52,911 nucleotides of DNA from IMG/VR virus record IMGVR_UViG_3300037246_001346, positions 1-52,911 of that record; one strand, given 5' to 3'. Source of the stretch: a virus. Lineage: Duplodnaviria; Caudoviricetes. Below are positions 27,342 to 35,341 of the stretch, piece by piece. The translations under genes and the position numbers were made by a program. The stretch's first letter is position 1. Each line of letters starts with the position of its first letter. The notes beneath the pieces are model-generated. The model saw only the letters and a list, made by a program, of their open reading frames with translations, did not search any database and had not been told where the DNA came from.

Positions 27342-27567
27342 GTCTTTTCTTTCATCACCCCTGTAAAATAATTATCCAACAGGGTAGACAGCTATTTGTT
27401 TATTTCTTTTGGTAAAGTTACGATATACATAACTTCATTAAACAAGATAAATCGCGGCATCCTATACCTACCCCTTGCGGACTAACCAGATCACCCACTG
27501 GTGAGGCTCTCATACGTTTTGGCCTAGTGTCTACCTTGATAGACAAATAGCAATAGACAAAGAAATA

Positions 27568-27594
27568 GGGCAGTTTAAAGTCATGCCCAGGACT
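27568..27594 (-). ncRNA. Compact H-type pseudoknot candidate
   Basis: AGUC-CU-GGGCA-U-GACU-UUAAAC-UGCCC. Confidence 0.45.
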
Positions 27595-27613
27595 ATGGAT
27601 TATTGTTCGATTA

Positions 27614-27994
27614 TTAGCCTAATAACCCCTCTACATCTCTTTGAAAGTTTAATAAGGATGTGTAACAATTAGCTCCACCCGTATAATCTTCTTCACTTTG
27701 TGCTGTTCTTATTAGGATATCATCTACCCATTTACTAGGAAAGTGTCTTACATCTGAAATGGAAAAGTAAACGAATTTGTCATGTTTTCTAATAAATCCA
27801 CTGAGAATATAATGCCCTCTTGAATAATTGAGTAAACTGGCGTCTAGTTGAGATTTAATATAACTTTTGAATTTCCTTGCGAATACAATAAAATCTTCTC
27901 CAGTTATCCCACCGCTTGAAAATTCCCATGCCTTGAAATCTTCTAAGTTACTGGGAACCTCCTCCTCATAAGTTACAACTTTTGTTCTTATCAT
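27614..27994 (-). CDS. Hypothetical early protein
   Basis: AAGGAG RBS; YFSISDVRHF...ILIRTA...DYTGGANCY. Confidence 0.75.
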   Translation of the reverse strand: MIRTKVVTYEEEVPSNLEDFKAWEFSSGGITGEDFIVFARKFKSYIKSQLDASLLNYSRGHYILSGFIRKHDKFVYFSISDVRHFPSKWVDDILIRTAQSEEDYTGGANCYTSLLNFQRDVEGLLG

Positions 27995-28026
27995 ATTATC
28001 ATCTCCTTTTATTTGATTTACTCCTT

Positions 28027-28054
28027 ATAATATATCCACAAACACAAAAGTCAA
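28027..28054 (-). promoter_or_regulatory. Leftward sigma70-like promoter
   Basis: TTGACT-16 bp-TATTAT at the strand-switch point. Confidence 0.6.
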
Positions 28055-28095
28055 GCTTTATTTTCATTTATTTTATCTAACCAGGTAGACAATCC

Positions 28096-28124
28096 TTGAC
28101 ACAAGTCGCGGCATGACTTATAAT
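28096..28124 (+). promoter_or_regulatory. Rightward consensus sigma70 promoter
   Basis: TTGACA-17 bp-TATAAT; palindrome at 28075-28090 just upstream; GTCGCGGCA in the spacer. Confidence 0.85.
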
Positions 28125-28144
28125 AAATAAAGAGGTAAAGAACA

Positions 28145-28288
28145 ATGACTACTAAAGATTTAATTGAATGGTTAAATAAGATTGTCCTTGGTAATGATAT
28201 TCCAAGAGAAGAGCAACTAAGGGAAGAGATTATCAAGAGATTGGAATGGGCTAGGTTACAAGGATACGATTTTAGAAAGTCGGGATAA
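28145..28288 (+). CDS. 47-aa hypothetical protein (absent from the ORF track)
   Basis: GAGGT RBS; MTTKDLIEWLNKIV...RKSG; downstream of the consensus promoter. Confidence 0.6.
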   Translation: MTTKDLIEWLNKIVLGNDIPREEQLREEIIKRLEWARLQGYDFRKSG

Positions 28289-28590
28289 GGAGATAACGAA
28301 GTAGATAAGAGTGAGGGCGTAGTATGGTGCTAACAATACATAGTCCTGTTCTGTCCTGTGTGTTGCTATTAAGTTAGTCTACTATGCCCCTTTCACTCCC
28401 AGTCTGTAATGATTACAAGTTTGTAACGGTTACAATTCATTAGAGTGTATGACGTTCGGTGCTTGTCTCGGTTCACCCTCACGCCTCACCCTCACCATAT
28501 CCAAACTCCCCATTACAGGGTAGATTACCCCATGATCACGCCTAAATAGGGTAGATAACGCACTCCCGACACGCCCAACAGGGGTGGAGT

Positions 28591-28618
28591 GGTTCGCATA
28601 ACAGTTATTATGTCTACT
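28591..28618 (+). other. dif: Solitary dif-like XerC/XerD recombination site
   Basis: GGTTCGCATAA CAGTTA TTATGTCTACT versus E. coli dif GGTGCGCATAA TGTATA TTATGTTAAAT (arms match 10/11 and 8/11); lies in the largest non-coding region. Confidence 0.75.
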
Positions 28619-28870
28619 ACACACACCATCCACTATGCCCATAGACACCACAAAGAGACCCGTTACCCCCTGGGGGTGATTAGTGTTGAAGATAACCTCG
28701 ATTTAAGTACAGAGGGTATTTCACAGCATAAAGGGGTCTATCAGGGGTGGGGGTGTTTATGGTGTATGTGGTATTTAAATACGGGGTATATTTTGGGAGC
28801 ATATCGGGTACTGTGCTTATAATTGTCTCTCGGGGAAAAGGCTTAAATCTCCATGGGCGGGATAAAACAC

Positions 28871-28899
28871 TTGACAATAGATATGCCACGGTGTATATT
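28871..28899 (+). promoter_or_regulatory. Rightward sigma70 promoter
   Basis: TTGACA-17 bp-TATATT followed by an AAGGAGG RBS. Confidence 0.8.
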
Positions 28900-28915
28900 A
28901 GATAAGGAGGTAAAT

Positions 28916-29137
28916 ATGTATATTTTACAAAAAGAACCCGACGAGAAAATAATCGGTAAATGGAGTGGTTGTAAACCGAGGGCGACCTTGAAGGATGAGT
29001 ATGGTGGGGTGGCTCATATTATTAATGATGACCATTGTTATGTTTTATTACTAAATAGTGGGCATGGTTTTGTAGCAGTTAAACATTGGTTTAAGGAGGC
29101 TGTTGATGCGGTACAGTCTTTACCCCTCCCCGAATAA
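28916..29137 (+). CDS. Hypothetical protein
   Basis: AAGGAGGT RBS places the start at 28916. Confidence 0.65.
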   Translation: MYILQKEPDEKIIGKWSGCKPRATLKDEYGGVAHIINDDHCYVLLLNSGHGFVAVKHWFKEAVDAVQSLPLPE

Positions 29138-29139
29138 CG

Positions 29140-29352
29140 ATGATTTCAAGATACGAGTTATTGTGTAGGCTACGTCCCAAGAGGTATGAGTGGTGTGTAG
29201 GGTTCAAGAATAAGCATGGCTTCACAGAGTACATAAGATTGCCCGCAAAAAAGTATAAGGGGATAAGAGAGGATTGGGAAGAAGGGGGGAAAGAGGTCTT
29301 TTGTCGGTGGCGGGTGGTAAACATTAATATTACGGAAGAGCAATGGAGGTAA
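29140..29352 (+). CDS. Hypothetical protein
   Basis: Continues the operon. Confidence 0.5.
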   Translation: MISRYELLCRLRPKRYEWCVGFKNKHGFTEYIRLPAKKYKGIREDWEEGGKEVFCRWRVVNINITEEQWR

Positions 29353-29355
29353 AAA

Positions 29356-29592
29356 ATGAGAATATTTAATTTTCACTTAATGACCGACAGGTTATTTAGG
29401 GTAGAGAAAAGGAAAGCGGAGAAGGTCGGTCATCGGATAGCCCTGTCTAAGCTCAGGGGTGCTGACAAGGTTATTGTTGGGGGGCATTATGTTTTTAGGG
29501 GTAAGGTAATAAAGGAGAAGTTGGTATTCATTGGGGATGACAATTATATTATGGGTTGTGATTTTAGGGGTGTTGGGTTGGAGATGATTTGA
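29356..29592 (+). CDS. Hypothetical protein
   Basis: GGAGGT RBS. Confidence 0.6.
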   Translation: MRIFNFHLMTDRLFRVEKRKAEKVGHRIALSKLRGADKVIVGGHYVFRGKVIKEKLVFIGDDNYIMGCDFRGVGLEMI

Positions 29593-29619
29593 GGTTTGCC
29601 ACGAAATTAGGAGGAAAGA

Positions 29620-30000
29620 ATGGATACATCAAAAGAATACATCAAGATGTGTGATTGCCCTGAGATTCAGGAACACAGGAAACATGATGGTGGAGATTGG
29701 CTATGTACTCCTGAAGATGGACATTCTTGGGCAACATGGCAAAAAGTACATGGTAAATCAGAAGAAGAAATAAGAAAATTTATGGATGGCCTACTGTGGC
29801 TACCCCGTCAAGACCAGATACAGGAGATGCTGGGGATTACGAGTCATTCGTGCATAACTCTCGCAAATAAATTTGCTGAATTTTGCTGTACTGATGGAGA
29901 CGAGAGTAGTATGGAACAACTATGGCTTGCTTTTTATATGTATGAGGAGCACAAGAAGGTGTGGGATGGGAAGAAGTGGGGTAAGAAATCGGGCGAATAG
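29620..30000 (+). CDS. Hypothetical phage protein
   Basis: MDTSKEYIKMCDCPEIQ...WLPRQDQIQEM...SMEQLWLAFYM; ends KSGE in a junction-motif variant. Confidence 0.75.
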   Translation: MDTSKEYIKMCDCPEIQEHRKHDGGDWLCTPEDGHSWATWQKVHGKSEEEIRKFMDGLLWLPRQDQIQEMLGITSHSCITLANKFAEFCCTDGDESSMEQLWLAFYMYEEHKKVWDGKKWGKKSGE

Positions 30001-30074
30001 GAAATTAGATTACGTATTGTTTATGGTGTATGTGAAGTTTTATTTCGTATATACCGCGATTTTAGGAGGTAAAG

Positions 30075-30311
30075 ATGCCAGAATTTGGTCTAAGAGTAGA
30101 AGATTTAAAAAGGTGGCTAAAGAAGTTACCTGACGAAACGAGGATTTATTACCAGAGGATAGAGGATGTTTATTTCGAGAAGCATGGATGGGACAGTACG
30201 GTCATAAAGAGAGAAAAGGGAGACGAGTCTTATCAGGGAGACTATGCATGGCTTCAGGGTATTTTGTTTGATAAGAAGAAAAATATTCTTTATCTAAGCG
30301 CACATTATTAG
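30075..30311 (+). CDS. Hypothetical protein, paralog of 7926-8180
   Basis: GGAGGT RBS; shared DLKRW..LPD.T.IY. Confidence 0.65.
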   Translation: MPEFGLRVEDLKRWLKKLPDETRIYYQRIEDVYFEKHGWDSTVIKREKGDESYQGDYAWLQGILFDKKKNILYLSAHY

Positions 30312-30432
30312 GAGGTGAGTATGTTTGAATGGTTGATGGATTTAGCGAATGAAACATCGGGTTTCATAGATGATTCTTTTTATAAACTTGAAATGTGGAT
30401 AAGGGGTATTGCTAAAAAATTTAGGAGGCAAT

Positions 30433-30891
30433 ATGAGGGAAATTAAATTTAGGGCTTGGCACAAAAAGGATAAAAAAATGAAGAGTGTCACTGCTGTGGA
30501 GTTGCCTAGTATGCAGGTTAGGGTTACAGACCCCAGTAGGATGGCGCGGGAATGGTGGCACGACAATTTTATGGTCCTCATGCAATACACGGGCTTAAAG
30601 GACAAGAACGGAGTAGAGATTTACGAGGGGGACAACATTAGCGATGGTCATATAACGAGGGAAGTAAAGTATGCCGACGGGCAATTTTACCCGTTTAATG
30701 AATATCTAGACGAGAGAGATGAGTTCACCATTTTAGGTGGATTGTATGACTTTGAGGTTATTGGTAATATTTATGAAGATGCCCGCGAATTGAAAGCCGA
30801 GTGGGTAGACATGAATAAGTATGACTTGGCATGGGATGAGAAAAAGATGGGGTTGAAGAAAAGAAAAAAGTCTAATGCGGTAGACAAATGA
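30433..30891 (+). CDS. YopX-family protein
   Basis: MREIKFRAW...MQYTGLKDKNGVEIYEGD...EVIGNIYE. Confidence 0.9.
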   Translation: MREIKFRAWHKKDKKMKSVTAVELPSMQVRVTDPSRMAREWWHDNFMVLMQYTGLKDKNGVEIYEGDNISDGHITREVKYADGQFYPFNEYLDERDEFTILGGLYDFEVIGNIYEDARELKAEWVDMNKYDLAWDEKKMGLKKRKKSNAVDK

Positions 30892-31097
30892 CAGCAGACC
30901 AAACTTATAAACACTTAATGAAGGAGTCCAGGTCTTATCTCGGCGACATTATCAAGAAGTACTCAAAAGCAAATACTGAGAAAGAGAAGGCTTGGAGGGT
31001 GCTTTTGACTTACAAACACTTCTTTAAGATCGCGGCAAAACTGTGTATGCTGCACGAGGACATAGAGAACGGGAAGTTTAGGGAGAGAGACCTCTAA
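30888..31097 (+). CDS. Hypothetical protein
   Basis: ATGA overlap with the YopX gene. Confidence 0.6.
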   Translation: MTADQTYKHLMKESRSYLGDIIKKYSKANTEKEKAWRVLLTYKHFFKIAAKLCMLHEDIENGKFRERDL

Positions 31098-31134
31098 AGT
31101 AGTTCATATGACCAATGAAATCGCGGGCAAATAA

Positions 31135-31368
31135 GTGAGCACTCATAGAGAAATAGAAGAAGTATACTTCAGAGATATAAGGAGAAAATCCAAGATGATT
31201 AAAACCATTGGAGAAACCCTAGGTGAGATACAGGGAGAACGAAAGATATGGGTAGACATGGAATTTGTAGAAACGTGGGCTAAGGTATTTGCGAAATCAT
31301 TGTATTCTGACATGCTCCACGAAGTAAAGTGTATGCTCAGAGAAGCGGGCATATCTATAAAGAAGTAA
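31135..31368 (+). CDS. Hypothetical protein
   Basis: C-terminus resembles that of 22410-22670 (ML.E.G..I.K). Confidence 0.55.
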   Translation: MSTHREIEEVYFRDIRRKSKMIKTIGETLGEIQGERKIWVDMEFVETWAKVFAKSLYSDMLHEVKCMLREAGISIKK

Positions 31369-31402
31369 GTAATCCCGTCAACCAACCAAATTTCCTTTAA
31401 CG

Positions 31403-31466
31403 GTCTACTAATATAGACAATAGTCTATCTGATTAGACCGAAATCCAAGGGTTGAAGTGATATAGT
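31403..31466 (+). promoter_or_regulatory. Tandem GTCTA-N6-TAGAC palindromes upstream of an extended -10 (candidate regulated late promoter)
   Basis: Palindromes at 31403-31418 and 31423-31438; TGATATAGT at 31458-31466. Confidence 0.5.
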
Positions 31467-31710
31467 TTAAGTAGAGGGAGATGTATAAGTCCAAGAAGAA
31501 ACCGAAGAAAGAATCTCCTGCGCTTAAGTTTATACGTGAAATGCGCGAAAAACAATGGGAACAAATTTGTGGTAATAAGAACCACAATCGTGGTATAAAA
31601 GACCACAATAAATAGGGATAGCGACTGGAAACAGTAGGGATCACAAAGCTACATTAAAAGATTGAGGGAAGTAGTAGCTTATGCCGCGATTTGTCTAACG
31701 AGGTGGATTA

Positions 31711-31932
31711 TTGAAGCATAATTGCAAAGCGAAAGATGAAGATGGTTTGTCATATTTTGAAGATGCAATCATAGATGGCATTATAGAATATGACGATTTT
31801 TATGACGCATATTTAGTTTTTTATTATAAAGAAAAGAAGGTTTTATTTTGGACAAGAAGATGGGGAACAGCAGACATTCTCCAATATTGCCCTTACTGTG
31901 GCAAGAAATTAACTGAGGCAACTAAAGGATAG
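31711..31932 (+). CDS. Zn-ribbon hypothetical protein
   Basis: YCPYCGKKL. Confidence 0.55.
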   Translation: MKHNCKAKDEDGLSYFEDAIIDGIIEYDDFYDAYLVFYYKEKKVLFWTRRWGTADILQYCPYCGKKLTEATKG

Positions 31933-31934
31933 AC

Positions 31935-32117
31935 ATGCCGTGTAAACTCAAAAAACATACGCCGATAAAGTCGAAAGCCCAGAGGGGTCTATTTGGGGCA
32001 GAATTAAAGCGTAAGAGAGCGGGCAAGAAAGGCAAAACCAAGATGTCTAAGGCTATTTTACGCAAACATCTAAAGGAGTCAAGGGGCAAGAAACTGCCAA
32101 GGCGAGTAAAGAAGTGA
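31935..32117 (+). CDS. Highly basic small protein
   Basis: K/R-rich with PIKSKAQRG; upstream of the portal gene. Confidence 0.65.
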   Translation: MPCKLKKHTPIKSKAQRGLFGAELKRKRAGKKGKTKMSKAILRKHLKESRGKKLPRRVKK

Positions 32118-32469
32118 AGTGTCCTCATTGCCAGCAAGAGATGCCCGACCCCATAATATGGTGCCCAGACCGACCAGTGAATTATGATGTTCTCGATTCG
32201 TATACTACTATCACCGATTCTACTACGTTAGACAATGAGTATTATACGTACATCGTGGGACACGAGTAAAAATCGGGATATATTTAAGGATAAAAAAGTA
32301 TATAAGAAATGGCAACGAAGAAAAAAGCGACCAAAAAGCAAAAAATAGAAGCTACTAATAACGTGCCGTTCAATTCCTGGATGGGGAAGCCACTTCCTTG
32401 TCGGGCGGTAACAATGCAGGATGCTCTATGTGGTCATTTGCTCGCAAGGGTGAAAAGTGGGGCATCTAG

Positions 32470-33087
32470 ATGATAACAAAGGATTGTCTTGCTTGCAGGA
32501 CAAGGTTCCTTGTATACCCATATAGGCGGTTTACTGCCAGGTACTGTTCCAAGAGTTGTCGTGGGATAGCAGCGAGTAGGAAAAAATGGGCAAACCACGT
32601 GCCACGCATAATTTCGTGCCCAGGTTGTGGGAAAGAAGAACTTCATCACAGTAAAGGATTTTGTCATCGTTGTTATAATAAATTTATTTGGGCAAATAAC
32701 CCGAAGAAAAAAGAATATGACGGAATGTATTATCTGGAAAACAAGGAACAGATAAAGAAGAGAATCAGTGAATATAATCAAACATTGGCTGGAAAACTAG
32801 TTAAGAGGAAGAATTATTATAGTCGTGGTGGAAAAGACCAATATGACCCACGAGAAGTTAAGATGGCTATCTATTTTAACTTTTTTAAATATGGGGGACA
32901 TTACTGTGAGAATTGCAAAAAGTTTTTGGGTGATTCTCATGATTGGTCTTATCAAGTAGACCATATTCATGCTCTAACAAGGGGTGGGGCAACCGAGTTT
33001 GACAATTTGCAAATTCTATGCCAACCATGCAATTTGAGTAAGCGGGGCAAAACCATTGATTATAGATTTAGGGAATTAAATGCCTAA
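32470..33087 (+). CDS. HNH homing endonuclease with N-terminal Zn fingers
   Basis: CLAC..RYCSKSC, CPGC..CHRC, CENC...VDHIHALTRGG...DNLQILCQPCNLSK. Confidence 0.9.
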   Translation: MITKDCLACRTRFLVYPYRRFTARYCSKSCRGIAASRKKWANHVPRIISCPGCGKEELHHSKGFCHRCYNKFIWANNPKKKEYDGMYYLENKEQIKKRISEYNQTLAGKLVKRKNYYSRGGKDQYDPREVKMAIYFNFFKYGGHYCENCKKFLGDSHDWSYQVDHIHALTRGGATEFDNLQILCQPCNLSKRGKTIDYRFRELNA

Positions 33088-35065
33088 AAAGAAACAAATT
33101 ACCCAGAAACAGAAAGTAGAAGCGACGAAGTCAGACGTTTTGGGCTATAAGGGGGGTATGCTCATTGACCTCGATAGGGTCATGGACGGTGGGAACACCC
33201 TGCGTAATGTTCTTTCTCAGCACCTAAAGGAGACTTTACTTGTAGAGAGGGATAACGACATAAAACTTCGGGCAAATATAGATAAATGGCAGAAGCAGTA
33301 TAAGGGTATTAAACCACCCAAATCCTGGCCTTGGCCTGATTGTGCTAATGTCGCGGTGCCTGTTTCAAGGTCAAGGACAGATATTGCGCATGTTCGTCTT
33401 ATAGAGTCTATTTTCGGCAGGAAGAAGATTGTCATTGTCAAGGCGATGAAGAAAGAGTTCATCGGCATAGACAAGAAGATCGAAGATGCTTTTAACCACT
33501 TCCTGAAATATACCATAAAATTAAAAAAGAACCTTAACTCACCGTTACTCCAGTGTACGAAGATCGGGACTGGGGTTATAAAGCTTGACCACATAGAGAA
33601 AAAGCGTACTGTTTACAGGTATGCCACTCCACAGGAGGAGGTAGAACCCAGCATTCACAAGTATAGTCTGGCGGGAACAAGTAACAAGGCAGTAAAATAT
33701 ATAGAAACACTCTATCGCGGGCCAACTATTTACCCGATTGATAGGTCTGATTTTATAATCTCATCCGATGCCACGAGTATTGAAGATGCTTACTTGGTGG
33801 GGTTTAGGTTTAATTTAAGAAAACCCCAGATTGAACTCAGGGTTAGACAGGGGCTTTACAGCCGAGAACAAGCTGATCTCATAACAAGTCCGACAGAACC
33901 GAGTGAGGTAAAGAAGACCAGGGCAGAACTTCAGGGAAAGGAACTCAAGAAGACAGAATATGAGAAACCGCGTGAATTCTGTGAACTCTGGTTTGATTAT
34001 GATGTTGACGAAGACGGGGAAGAAGACAGTATAGTTGTTACGTTTCATGAGGAAACGGGGGCAATTCTAAGGGCGATATATAACCCCATTTTTAAGCAGT
34101 TCAAGCCGTTTCAGGGTTTTGTCTTTTATCCCACAGAGAACGCCTTCGACGGAGAGGGTGTTTGTGAGATTTTAGAGAATCTCCAGATTCAGGTAGATAC
34201 GATTGTGAACCAACGCCTTGACCGTGGGACTGCGATAAACTGTCCATGGTATCTGGTGGATGAAGACAGTGAGTTGGCAAAAAGGATTGGTAACAGGATA
34301 AAGCCAGGTGAAATTGTCCGAGAAAGCGGTGATTTAGACAAGGTAATAAGGGAAATGAGGTTCTCTGATGTTCCTCCTTCGGCTTTTCAGGAGGAGGCTG
34401 GAACTGTTAGATACATGGATCAGGCTGTCGGGGTTACTGCTGATGTTATGGGCATTTCAACGACAGACCGCCCAGTTTTCCGAGAAACCATGGCACATCT
34501 TGGAGAAGCCTATAAAAAGTTCAATTATGGTGCTGAAAACGTAAGAGAAGATATAGTTGAGAGTATTTATAAGCTTTTCGAAATGTTTACTCAATATCAG
34601 CCCTCCTACACGTATTATACACGGGAGGGTGGGGTATTGGAAGAGAAGACGGTAGATTTTCCCGTAGGAGCGATTAGAGACGGTTTTAACATAGAATTAT
34701 ACGCCTCCAGTGATGAGATAAACCAGGATGCGAGGCGAGAGAAGAATATGACCGTGTATCAGATTCTCAAAGACTATATGACGGGAATCGTCGGCATGGG
34801 ACAATTCATAACAAATCAGATGGTGCCCAGTGATTTTAAAAAGCTACTCATCAAGGCTAATGAGGTGAGTGCCAAGATGCTGACCCGTGTTTTTGATGAT
34901 TTTGATGTAAGGGATGCGGATGATTTGGTGTTGGATATATCGGAGATAATCGACATACAAAAGGCACTAGCACAGTCAATCGACATGATACCGCCCGAGC
35001 AAAAGGCGAAAATGATGGCGGCACAGCAGGCTCAGGGACAGAAACCTGGAGGTGAGGGTGGCTGA
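33080..35065 (+). CDS. Portal protein (P22/podovirus-like)
   Basis: 661 aa; SWPWPDCANVAVP, IGTGVIK, FDGEGVCEILENLQ...NQRLD; precedes scaffold and capsid genes. Confidence 0.85.
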   Translation: MPKKKQITQKQKVEATKSDVLGYKGGMLIDLDRVMDGGNTLRNVLSQHLKETLLVERDNDIKLRANIDKWQKQYKGIKPPKSWPWPDCANVAVPVSRSRTDIAHVRLIESIFGRKKIVIVKAMKKEFIGIDKKIEDAFNHFLKYTIKLKKNLNSPLLQCTKIGTGVIKLDHIEKKRTVYRYATPQEEVEPSIHKYSLAGTSNKAVKYIETLYRGPTIYPIDRSDFIISSDATSIEDAYLVGFRFNLRKPQIELRVRQGLYSREQADLITSPTEPSEVKKTRAELQGKELKKTEYEKPREFCELWFDYDVDEDGEEDSIVVTFHEETGAILRAIYNPIFKQFKPFQGFVFYPTENAFDGEGVCEILENLQIQVDTIVNQRLDRGTAINCPWYLVDEDSELAKRIGNRIKPGEIVRESGDLDKVIREMRFSDVPPSAFQEEAGTVRYMDQAVGVTADVMGISTTDRPVFRETMAHLGEAYKKFNYGAENVREDIVESIYKLFEMFTQYQPSYTYYTREGGVLEEKTVDFPVGAIRDGFNIELYASSDEINQDARREKNMTVYQILKDYMTGIVGMGQFITNQMVPSDFKKLLIKANEVSAKMLTRVFDDFDVRDADDLVLDISEIIDIQKALAQSIDMIPPEQKAKMMAAQQAQGQKPGGEGG

Positions 35066-35309
35066 TCTTGAGAGATATATTGAGAAAGTTGAGGAAGAAC
35101 GGGATATCACGGTTAAGGGTGCTTTTTGGTCTGAACTTATGGCGGGAATATTAGAATATCGGAGAAAAGCTTCTAAAAACCTTGAGACTTATGAGGATAT
35201 CAAAATAGAACAAGGTAAAATCCAGGCTTATGATAAAGTTTTGGGTTTGCCAGATAAAATAATTGCTTTTATAAGAGAAAAGAACGAAAAGCGGGCAACG
35301 AACCGCTAA
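35052..35309 (+). CDS. Small head-assembly protein between portal and scaffold
   Basis: EQGKIQAYDKVLGLPD motif; synteny. Confidence 0.6.
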   Translation: MRVADLERYIEKVEEERDITVKGAFWSELMAGILEYRRKASKNLETYEDIKIEQGKIQAYDKVLGLPDKIIAFIREKNEKRATNR

Positions 35310-35341
35310 AATATAAGCCCTACGGGGCTGAGGAGGACTTA

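Noticed and set aside
11111-28000. Classical integron (attC cassette) interpretation
   Set aside because: No IntI, and no RYYYAAC...GTTRRRY attC hairpins seen at gene junctions
28430-28889. ORFs 28430-28651, 28589-28822 and 28680-28889
   Set aside because: No RBS, atypical composition and mutual overlap; the region is better explained as non-coding control sequence
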